A stretch of DNA of 59,280 bases, counting the filler, from Platydemus manokwari (Eukaryota), in NCBI GenBank assembly GCA_037951405.1. It is 5 parts of 5 records of this genome, joined end to end, with 100 filler letters (N's around TTAATTAATTAA, not from the genome) between each part and the next. Parts side by side here need not be neighbours in the genome. Positions count along the whole stretch, not along the records: positions 13,156 to 24,407 come from JBBMOY010814425.1; positions 24,508 to 37,251 come from JBBMOY011982489.1; 3 more parts are not named here. One strand, 5' to 3'. The notes beneath the pieces are model-generated. The model was given only the letters and a program-made list of their open reading frames with translations, searched no databases and had not been told where the DNA came from. Shown one piece after another: positions 14,334 to 25,949 of the stretch (position 1 is its first letter; each line of letters starts with the position of its first letter). A program made the position numbers and the translations under genes.

Positions 14334-17300
14334 AATTCAAAAATCCTCAGAATGGTAATCAATCGATAGATGTAAATTCCTTATCAGTTGGACAAAATGA
14401 ATATTTTAATTTGAAGCCTTCTTATGGTAGCTGGAGTGCAGCTAGCAAGGAAAAAGATTTGACGGAATGGCAAAACGTAGATAGGTATTAGATTTGAATT
14501 TAAAACATTAAAGATGTGAATTATATTAATAGAAAACGTGGCAACAAATGTCCTATATTTCCCTGTAAAAATAGTAATAAGACTAAATCTAGACCAAACA
14601 AACAATTGGATGATTCTCCAAGAAAGAAACCTACCAGCAGCAAATTTGAACTGCTTATGAATCAAGATGATGCAAATGATAATAGCTTGCCTTCAAGTTC
14701 ACCTGTCAGGGATCCTTCACCATATGAAAATAAAAGTGAAGATGATATGGTATCCATGGACAGAGATGAATTATTAGATAATCTTTTACAAAATAAACAT
14801 CTTAATGTTAGTGAACTGTCTTAGAAATAATTTATTAGCTTTTTCAGGTTAACGCTTGGTGTAATCAGAAAGATATAAGTGATCTGATCTGTTATTGGTT
14901 AGACAGAATAATGGAAAAGGATAAAGCTTCACGCAACTTAGTTGGAGATGAACTCGCAGATCTCATTGCTTGTGACAAATTGTCGAAAGATGACTTAATT
15001 GATGGGTAATTATTATGCATTATTACTATTTCCTTTCGAAACTTTATAAAATATTTTTATGCAAACTCTAGAAATAACTTATACAGTGATATGAAACGAG
15101 AAATCAATTATTAAATTCAGAAATAATTTTAATAGATGTTAATATAGCCAAATCTACGAATAGGAAAGCTTTTAATATTTTTCTGGTGAATAGAAAATGA
15201 ACAATTATACTGGAGTCAACAATTGGATCTGATACATTTATACAGTAGTATTGGATGAATTTAAAATTCAAGGAGATTTGAATTAAGGAATATCTACATC
15301 TGAATTAATTATTTCATATCATATTTAATATTTATATCACTTTAAAATCAATTATAAATTCGTTAAAAGCAAAACATCAAAGGGTTTGTTCTTAAATATC
15401 TTTAATTAAGAAGTAATTTTCTTATTTTGAATGTTATCTATATATGTATTTCCACATTTCCTATAGGTGTCATTTAAATAGTGCAATTAAATAATTAATT
15501 GAACTCCTCACAATGACCATAAAAACACCATCATATTTAAATAATTTCATGGCATGTTTATATTGTTTTCGATTAGTATAACAGCTGAAGATTAATTATG
15601 CGGCTCAAAATGTTTTCCAAAATAAAAATAAAATATTAATGGATTAAAGGTAAGTATTTCATTTTACTATGTGACCATGTTTATTGAAATCATATTTTGA
15701 TGTTATATTTTCAATTAGTTATTTAATGATCTTAAATCTGATTCACTGAAGTTTCTTTTACCTGCTAGTTTTATTTCAAATTTAATTTCTATTAAAAATT
15801 ATTTCATTTTATGGGTTATCTTTATAGAAACAATGGATATTATTTTACTTTTGATAATATACATGCTTTTCATCAATTAAATGTAAAAAATCAAATAAAC
15901 GTCCAATTTCGGGCAATGGAAGGAGGACCGATTGATAATACTAGACACATTATACATACATACATATATTTGTCTGTGTGTGAAGAGATCTGTGCGCATT
16001 TATCCATCATGTTTACTTACATGAATAATGATAAAAATATATTGTATTTTTAGAGTAATATTTTTAACACACACACACATATATATATGGTGTATTATTT
16101 ATTTATTAATAAAATTTTCATTTTTCTTTAGATTGACACAATTTTTCGAATTAATCCATGATCTAATTACCGATATTCCAAAAATTTGGTCTTTCTTAAG
16201 TGAATTTCTCGAACGTTTTATTCGTCAGCAGGAAAATTTTGCAGAATTTTTCAAGTCTCTTTTTGAAAAACGTTTACCCAACAAAGAAATTTCTGAATGC
16301 TTAATTATGATTCTCAAATATGCTTCTGAACGGTTAGGTGAAAATTATATCAAGGATTATATGGACAACCATATACAATGTTTGATGGATTTGATATTTA
16401 GTCAGAAAGACATTTTCGAGCAACTCCAATCAAAAGTCGATTTAACTTTTATGATTAAACCTGACTTTGCCTTGTCAGATAATAAATATTCAGATTCGTT
16501 CAAATCACAATTAATCTCGTCGTTTCAACATGATGACCCAGAAGTCATTTTCACTTTGCTTGATTCCAAATTTACTATATCGGAAATGCAAACAGTAGAA
16601 TGCGTTGATTTTATTGCCAATTGTTTATTTTCTTTTATTTGTGGTAATTTATTTTTATCACTTTATCGAATAATTTAATATTGATTTTAATCTTTCTAAT
16701 TCTATTCGTAGAAATTTTCAAATATTTTGTTAATCTAATAATTCCTTAATTACTAGAAGATTGTTCAATTTCCCATTATGATAGATGAATTATATTATAA
16801 AAATATACGATGGATTAAAAATTGTAGCACTCAGATTTCGTAAATGAACGGTGTAACTTTTTCATATTTAAACAATGCGGCATTCCCGTAGATAATTACG
16901 CGGAAACTAATTCCAATTATTTCCTATAAGCACCGTATCATTTCTGTTAAAAGATAATTGTAGTGTAATTAATCGCTGAAGGTTCTTATATAAATTGCTT
17001 CTGGCTTGTATTTTAGCATAAATAACGTTTATAAATATTTCAAATTAATTTAAATAATTTTCTGATATGCAAATAATTGTATTTCTAGGTTCACTTTTGA
17101 GTCAATTAATATCAAAAGACATTTAATGAAAAATTACATGTTAAAAATCAGTTATTTAATCTAATAATTAATACTCCACTGATTTCATATTTATTAAGGA
17201 TAATAAAAGATATATTGTCTTTTCACGTAAAATTCTGATAGATATAATTTTACCACCAAATATTTTTGATAAATGAGTTGAAATTTGTCATAATTCATAA

Positions 17301-19489
17301 AAAATTGCTTTTTGTACCAGAATAGATAATCTGTTTTATTTAGAGAGGATTTTTATAATGATATTTCATCTATTTTTGATTATCGTTTTTATTTGTCCAA
17401 AAATTATCACTCATCACTATTATTATGTCAAATTAACAAGATTTGTTATATTATTATTAAAATTTTCGAAAGTTCTTAAAGTCCTTTATGATTATGATAA
17501 TTTATTAGTTCTCAAGATATTCATTGTTTTTATTTACAGGTTTTTCAGAAGATACTGATGTCATTAATTTTATAGTTGATAAACAAACGGTTTTTATTCG
17601 TTTGACTCAAGGCAATCAAGAGTTTGAATCACAATTTTTGTCAGTTCTTTCTAGTTTTGCAAATCGTCTTTCTAAGAAAGGTTTGTTATTTTTCTTTATT
17701 AAATAAATATCCATTCTTATCCTTAAAATATTTTTCTATTGAAAAGTCTTGGATAACCAGATTTACTTTTCAGTGTTTATGTGATATTTTATTAACAAGA
17801 CTATGATGACATTTAAGATCTCTAACGATTATTTTAAAAATATTTTTTATTTTTATTTTAGGTTAATAGTTTTACATTTTTATGATGCGGCTTCTTTGAC
17901 ATAATTGGGGCAATTATTTTTATTAGTAAAGCACGCAATCCGAGTTACTTTAATATAAATGTATATCAATAAGATAACTTAAAGAATGTTGTACATGTCT
18001 ATATGAATCTGGAATACCATAAATAAAAGATCATTCTGAAAATCGGTTCTGTAAAAAGAATTATTTCAATCTGATATATTTCAATAATTCGAATAAATAT
18101 TTTCAAGTAGAAAATTTTTGAAAAAGCATTGATATGTGCTTATGAAGTTTCTCTTAAAATGACAAGCTGGATATTTGACACATTGAACCTTATTTTTAAA
18201 ATTAAAAAAATCAATTACTAAATAATAACATTCTCTAGCTATTTGTATATTGATTCAATGATTCGCACTTTATTATCGATTAAATTAATGCAAAATAAAA
18301 GTGAAAGAATTAACGGTTGAAACATCTTAACTAAAGAGATAATAGATAAAAATATCGAATCATATAATTGGTCTGGAAAAGGAAAATGTTAAACTGTAAT
18401 TCATATTTAGCTAAAGTTATACAAATGATTATGAAAGAAATAGATCAGATAAAACAAAGATCGTTGAAATAGTTTTGAATTGATTAAATGAAATTGAGGA
18501 AATTTTAAAATTAACAAAATTAAATGTCAAGATATTGTTTCATTTCTTTGCTTTCTTTCACTGCTTTTTATAATAATATGACATATTTTTGTTATCTTAC
18601 TCGCTCTACTAACTCTGTAACCTAAATTTTATAATTGTATCCTTTAACTTTTAGCTATTATAATTTATAATATTTCTGTGAAATTGAAATTTTCAAAATC
18701 TTTACTAGATTTTGAATGGATTTGAAGAACTCAAACAAAGAAGAGTCTCACTTGGGAATTTTAAATGTTCTTTTGATGACTATCGTTAAAATATTACAGA
18801 TTTGTTTTGCATTTCTTATGCGACCTTTGATTCATGAATTTTTAACATTATAATTATTAATTAATTATAATATTTGTATTGAAATGGTCTTTTTTCGTGG
18901 GAGTAGAATTGCAGAGGAAATGTTAACATGAATTAAACCAATTGAATATTAATTTCTGTTTAAGTATTTTTAATATATTGTTCAATACTTGTATCAAATG
19001 TTTATTAAAGTTTTATATTAATTCTCATATTATTTATAATTGAAAAATATGCCCAATTAGTCCATCAGACATCATTAAGGTCATCTAAAATTTACTTGAG
19101 CAAAATTAAAATTTATTTTAAAAATTTTCAAGTGTAAATTGGATATCTTAGTTATGCCACAGGATATCAGTTGATTTTTTTTTCTTACATTAAGATCTTT
19201 TTATCACCACATATGATCTAATAAGGTACCATGATTTGAGAACTATAACTGCAAATTATTTATTCGTTTTATGTTAACAGTTTAAAATTATTTTAAAAAA
19301 TTGATTCGTTATTTGTTTTGTTCAGAATTATTACTGACAGTCATCAAAAATTTAAGCGGCAACAAATTAATATCAATGGATGCATTTTTTAATTTTATTG
19401 AAAGTACTGAAGAGAATGATATAAGTGATCCAAATTCCGATCTTATGGTCGAAGCAATCAGATCTACTCTGCAAAATGACCGGCGGTAG
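14334..19489 (+). CDS. EIF4G: eIF4G-like translation initiation factor, C-terminal part (linker, MA3, W2-like), 5'-incomplete; exons 14334-14484, 14533-14806, 14848-15005, 16132-16643, 17540-17680, 19326-19489
   Basis: Phase-consistent splicing gives an MA3-like segment MEKDKASRNLVGDELADLIACDKLSKDDLIDGLTQFFELIHDLITDIPKIWSFLSEFL. The linker motifs GSWSAASK and SKFELL resemble eIF4G SWGKGSS and NRFSAL. The W2-like tail reads EFESQFLSVL...LISMDAFFNF. No MIF4G exons were found in this contig. Confidence 0.72.
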
Positions 19490-21886
19490 CAATATACTCA
19501 TGACAAACTTTTATTAATCTTCCACTTGTTAATTGTGATTATATTCTATGGTGGAAATGACTTTTAGTTATTGCGTTTTCAATCATTTCTTTATGAATTA
19601 TTGAGGAAATTTTTATTTTGAACAATATACTTACAATAATAATATGTGCCGTTTGATAATTCAACACGTCCATTACCAACAGATGTGTATCACGATATTA
19701 ATAACTTCTCCTTTATCAACTACATCTACATTTATAGCGGTTGTACCTTATTATTCTATTATGTTGTGCTTTTAATTATTTTTGGTAATTTATTATTTTT
19801 ATCATTCCACTCTTCATATTTAATGTAAAAATAATTTCTGTGCTAAAAGGGTTTGATATTATTTATGCATTTGAAATTTGGTTCTTTGGTTCAGATTAAC
19901 ATGAATATTTATGGCTTTGTTGTTGGGTTTCTGTCACATTTGTATGAGGTGTTTCAAATACAGCATTAGATTGGTATTTTTGTATATTATATCCATATTT
20001 CAAAAGCTATCAATCTTTGGAGTCATGGTGGGTTTTTTGTTATTTGAGAAAAATATTTTTCGGAGTAATGAATAACCACTGTTTATTCATTCATTTCTCA
20101 CGTTATTAGGTATGATAATTCGCTTAGATTGTCTGTTCATCGCTCAGTGTTGCTTTTCTTGTGTTTCAGATGTACGATGAAAATGATAATAAATAAAAGA
20201 ATTTGGAATTTATGATGATATAAATTGAAGAAAATAATTATATTACATTAAAATTGAAAATTTTGTAGATTTGTAATTTTTTGTCTTGTACTATCAATTT
20301 ATAACTCTGCCTAGTTATTGAAGGTAGGTTGAAAAGTTTGCTGTTAGTTCAGAATATCAATTAAATATAATTCTGTTTTACCGGATACGAAGTGAACGAT
20401 ATCGAAACGTATGAAAAAAGACCAAATTATTTGAAATTGTAAAACAAGTTTTCTATTTTTATCAGTTTATGAGTTAATTTATTTTATGGCCAAATTCATA
20501 AAAAATTCGTTTGATTTCGAGTGTGTGATACTAAGTTTCATTTTGTGAATTATATCGCCCATTATTTTCAATGCATTGTCCTTGGTTTTGTTTTGAAGTA
20601 TAAGTATATTATCTAATTGAAATTTATTTTATCTAAATTATAATTGAAGAACTTTACCAAACTCTAAAGCTTTGATTTCCTTGATATTTCCAGGATACTA
20701 TAGTTTAAAATTTATGTTTGAATTCGTTAAAAAATATTTTTGCCACGCTTAAGATACGAATTGTGACAATATTTTATAATTTTCAAAACTTTGAATATCA
20801 TATTTCGAAACACACTTTAGTCAATACATAGGCTAAACAAAAAACTAATTTTTAATTGAAAAATAAATATGATTATATGAATATGCAATTATTAAATTGA
20901 AGAGCTTAAGAATTAGTCAAATTAATTATAGAATTAAAAATAATGATGAAATAAAGTTCATTCAAATATTTCAGCGTCACGTTCAAAAATATTAAAATAC
21001 ATTAAGCGTCGGTACAAATTTTCCTAGAATATATACCTATTACTTGTTCGTAGAATTTAAAAAGTATCCGTGTATGAATTTTTAAAATGAACTTTCGAAA
21101 ATTGGTTCATTTCACTTTTGCGACTTGTGTTAAGTAAAGATGAACTCATACAAAAGAAAATTGATTTTTGCACCGTGGAACACTTCGACACTTTAGGCAT
21201 ATGCATACCTATATAACCTTACTATCATAACAACCAGCAAATCAGAGAGGACTTAGATGTATTGGGTTGTGTATGATGTTTTTTTGCTGTTTGTGTCCAA
21301 CTCAACAGCGTGAGTTCTCTATATCAGTTTTTAATATAAGAATCAATAAACTACACATACAAATAAAAATTTTCATTTAATTATAATAAACACAAAATTC
21401 CAATAGTAAGTTGGCTCACAATTTAAGTCAATCAATATTTTATTAAACAAATTGGTGCGTTTTTTCTCAGCGTGAAGGTGAGAACTTACCTTGATTCCTT
21501 ATTATTTTATTATAAAGTTAGTAATATATACTCCAAACGCACATCCTTTAGAGTGGTTCAGATTTTAAATATTTATTTATTTATAAATTAAACAATTAAT
21601 TGTGGTTGTTTACCTATTATCTTTATTAGCTTGCCAAATCAAATTATTGATTAAACCAGTTTTCGTTCCAAATTAGTTTTCCAAGTCACTACTGATTAGG
21701 ATTTCAAACCTTCAGATTTTTTATAGTGTATTGTGATGGAAATCCTGACTACAAAGACTGATCCATACTACTACTATTATTAAATTTACATAAAATAATA
21801 AATTTCAAAAAAATAACAAATTTCAGACATTTATAAAATCTTGAAAACCAAAAAATAATTTTCTTATTAAAAAACTGTACTTAAAG

Positions 21887-21985
21887 ATGCCGGAACAAAA
21901 ATGCCAAATTTGCGACTTAACGTTTAAAACGATTCAGGCTAAAAAAGCCTATGAAAATTCAAAAAATCATATAGCGAAATTTCAC
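21887..21985 (+). pseudogene. Degenerate U1/matrin-type C2H2 zinc-finger fragment, probably mobile-element derived
   Basis: CQICDLTFKTIQAKKAYENSKNH fits C-x2-C-x3-F...[H>Y]-x2-SKxH. No continuation into a coherent gene. Confidence 0.4.
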
Positions 21986-22904
21986 ACTTCTATCATTAAC
22001 AATAATTATCTATGTTGCGGTTCCGAGAAAAACAGACTTAAAGACAATGCATGTTTGATATCGATGTATATTTGTATAACCTTTTTATTAATATATAAAT
22101 AATGGGATGTGCAAAATATTAATTTACCTTTTTTATTTTTATTTTTTATTCCTGTTAAAAGAATAACGAATAATATTAATTGGAAAAGTTTTAGTCTTTA
22201 ATAATAACAATATTTAACCAAAATAGTTTTAAAGAAATTCTAGTTGTAAATTGAAATATTAAGTTTAAATATTAAATATTTCGATGAAAGGTAAAAATCC
22301 TTTTATCATAATTTAATATGATAATAATTTAGAATTAAATTTGGAATAAATTGATAAAGTAGGATAAATTAAAATGAAAATATTTAAATCATTTTCATTT
22401 TTCAACTTAGCGACTAAAAAATCCAATTATTTAAACCCTTATTTTTCGTGAATTTCCCGATATTACTCTTACAATAAAATAAAATGGTAACAATTAAACC
22501 CGTATGGCAACCAATGCAGAGAAGGAAATTCTTTTGAATTGTGAAAATTCATCACAATAAAGAATTTAAGCAACCCGCATATTTTATTCAACCCGAATAA
22601 AACCTCATTGTCACCGAAGTCATATATAAGGCAGTTGAAACTTCATATGCCTTTCCCCAAAAATTATTCTGAAACCACTAGAGCAGTGCGTGGTGAAAAT
22701 TCGTGAAGATAGAAGACTCGAAGTTAATTATCGCCGTCGAAGCCGCCAATTTCTCTGCAGCCGTTGTTCCAGCATATGCCCTATATTGACTATAGGAAGA
22801 GTATGGAATAATACTAGCGATTTTCCGAAGTAAAGATCATGTAAGAGTAATTGATTGTAAAATCATTGTATTTTTGCACATCAAATTATCCCATAGTTAA
22901 TTGT

Positions 22905-23020
22905 ATACTGTAGTAATTTATAATCATAAGTGTATATTGTAGTAATTCATAACCATAGTCGTATAGTAGTACCGTATAAGTAGTAATTTATAATCACCTA
23001 GTTGTATATCTGTAGTAACA
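22905..23020 (+). repeat. Degenerate ~30-bp tandem repeat (GTAGTAATTTATAATCA... units)
   Basis: 3-4 imperfect units beginning gtagtaa(t/c). Confidence 0.55.
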
Positions 23021-24059
23021 ATACAAATTTCCTAAAACACAATTTGAATTGGCTTTTAGAATTAATATAAGGTATCACAATTTCATAGTAGTGACGATCA
23101 TTGTCATATATCACCTTTTTAAAGTTATTGGGAATAATTTTGATTGATTTAAGGAGACTGATTTAAAATACAAAAGAGACTGATTCAAAATACGAGTGAG
23201 GACCGAGAAAAAAGCGAATTGTATTAAAATTAGTAGGATTAAGTTAAAGTTAAACTATCAAAATCGATTATTACGCCGATCCACTTATCGTCATATAAGA
23301 AGTGATCGTCGAGGCGAAAGAACATCAATTTTTAAATTATTATTTGTTATTACATATACATCGAAAAATACAGGTTTACATCGATAATTAAGGAAGGACT
23401 TGGGAATTACAGGGTTCAAGAAAAATATTTTAGACAAATTTAAAAATGATCAAATCACAAAATGTAAATATTTACAAATATCAGTGGTCGAACTCCTCAT
23501 CAATGTCCATTCGTTTGTGGAGCTCCCACTACCTGAAAGTTTCGATCTTTCCATCATCTGGGATTGCCAGTTCTGTCTTGATTTTGTTGTTTATTTTTTA
23601 TTTTCTGGCTTATTTCTGCGATAAACTACTCATTTCAGTCTTCATCTAATTCGATCCATTCGTTGGTATTTGGGGCACTTTTCCAACAATTCTTTTAAAA
23701 GTCACTAATGAAATTTCGAACGTTGTTTTGTCATCTTTCAAGTATGAGGTTCTTATAAAATTAAGGAACCTCAAGATCAGCCAGATAGGACCCAAGGTCA
23801 AAAGCAAAAAATTATTTCAAAATCTATTTTTAGTAACCACATCTGTGCTAAAAATAGTGTAGGTCGATTTAACAACTCAAGTATCTAAAACAGTAGGGTT
23901 TTGCTAAATTTAGGCAGGAGGGCTAGAGAACTTCTAAATTAAGAAACAAGAGAGGTCAAAAAATCAACACACTGATATGACGCATGCGACCTACAAAATC
24001 AGTATATAATAGCAAGCAAATTCAGTTTGATTGCACTTCATCATACGCAGTTAATTGAT

Positions 24060-24220
24060 TGAACAGACGATTACAAAATTATTCTGACGAAGCATTCAAC
24101 AAACTATTACCAATTTTATTATTCTGAAGAAACATTTATTTTACGAAGCATTCAACGAACGATTACCAATTTATTATTATTACAACGAAACCTTATTGGC
24201 AAAACATTCAAACGAATAGT
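24060..24220 (+). repeat. Imperfect ~55-bp tandem repeat (ACGAAGCATTCAAC..ATTACCAATT)
   Basis: acgaagcattcaac and ttaccaattt are repeated at ~24088 and ~24143, with a third degenerate copy near 24200. Confidence 0.6.
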
Positions 24221-24407
24221 TTGTTACGTTCGGGCCTTATTGATTTATTTGTTTTAATAAGCTTAATCCTATTGAATATCACTACTGTCTTAATCTACAG
24301 TCTCTAAGAGTTCTTGATTAAGGCCACAGACGTAATTTACCTTATATTGATGTTCTTTCACCTCGCACAGCCTTATTGTATGATGACAATAGGTGTGGCA
24401 GTAGCGA

Positions 24408-24507
24408 NNNNNNNNNNNNNNNNNNNNNNNNNNNNNNNNNNNNNNNNNNNNTTAATTAATTAANNNNNNNNNNNNNNNNNNNNNNNNNNNNNNNNNNNNN
24501 NNNNNNN
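24408..24507. other. Artificial contig spacer
   Basis: N44-TTAATTAATTAA-N44. Confidence 0.97.
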
Positions 24508-24999
24508 GTGTGTGTTGGGTTTTGGTCTTATAAGTTATTATTCCCAACACCGGCGAGTCCTTTAAGATTGATCTGATTTGAATTCAAATCAACCCTCTCG
24601 ACTATCAGTCTATTATAAAAATATCTATTTACTATATCGAAATTATTATTAAAATAATAAATCAGAACGTAAGACAATTAAATTGAAATAATCCGCTATT
24701 GAAAACTATTACAGGTACACAATGTTCTATCAATTATAATTAAAAGTTATGAACAATCAATTTATTAATAAATCGGACTAAACAAATTATTTATTTACTT
24801 CTCAAACAAACCAGATTTTACCTCGTGCAAATTAGGGTAAGTGAGTGGCCGATTTGAATTTAACTAAACGACCTATATATTAAGATTTTAGACAATATAG
24901 ATTTAAATTTAGGTTTTTCAATTAAAATATAATTATTATCATAAAGTTTTTCCATTATTTCCTAAATAATTTCCTGTTTTATTAGCAAGAACTTGACTA

Positions 25000-25320
25000 A
25001 CTTCAATAATAAAATAAACTTTATAATTATATTTATTTACAATACTTTGTTATAAATTATTATCGTTTTTTTATTTCCATTATAATATTTTTAATATTCT
25101 ATTTAATATTCCTGTCAACAAACTTTTAACTTTATTCTCTGCATAACGCAAAAATAATTTCATTTTTTCAGTATATTTCGGAATTCTTTAATCTTTCTCT
25201 AAATAATTTTCAAAAGCTTCAACTAAAGTTTTTTTTTCATAATGTATAGGAATGCACGATCCATATCCTATAAATAAATCGGTAACAACCACAATAAATT
25301 TAGATCCACCACTAGTTTGT
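25000..25320 (-). mobile_element. Decayed retroviral-like (rve) integrase, Polinton/Ginger type
   Basis: Minus-strand TSGGSKFIVVVTDLFIGYGSCIPIHYEKKTLVEAFEN resembles the rve segment G.KY.L.V.D.FSKY.W..P......V..AF. Downstream KSFVDR resembles VER. Frameshifted. Confidence 0.6.
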
Positions 25321-25949
25321 CGACATTATTAAAAACAACTATCATATGAGTACTGTCTTTTTCAAACATTTTTGATTTTAGAAATTTCTTAATTTTTATA
25401 ATCATGGTGTAATGCTTGAGTTTATGCATCTTCATTGTGTAATTTTATATTATTAATTTTTGCCTCTTTCATCTGAATTGCCAAATTTTTTCTTCATGAG
25501 ATCCATTACCCTTCATAATTCTTTTCACGATAAGTTAGTTCACTTCATAAGTTAGATTAGTAATGTTATTCTATCGATGTATCATTTTAAATCCGTAACA
25601 TGTTTATCTTCTAAATCTTTAAAAATGATATGATCATATTGCATTGCAATTTCACATTTTGGAATTTGGATAATATCTAATTCTCTATTTTCGTTATAAT
25701 TTTTTATAATTCATAATTTTGTAAATATTTTTGAAGATTCCAACCACGCCAGGTAAAGATATGTACAGCATTAGTTCTATTAATTAAACTCATATTTTTA
25801 AATGATATTCCTCCGTATAACAACCATCAGATAATAATATCCCAAAAGAGAAAAACTCCTCGCAACACAAAATCATGAAATCAAATTTGCAAACGCCAAC
25901 ACAATTCTACCGGGTAATAATATCTATCTCCATAGATCTACGCTACAGG

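Noticed and set aside
24080-24150. CTGACGA/CTGAAGA as hammerhead ribozyme cores
   Set aside because: No stem II followed by GAAA and no closing helices could be built.
22905-24220. Short repeats with variable intervening sequence as a CRISPR-like array
   Set aside because: Units are degenerate and irregularly spaced, the context is eukaryotic and no cas genes are present. They are better explained as TE-internal tandem repeats.
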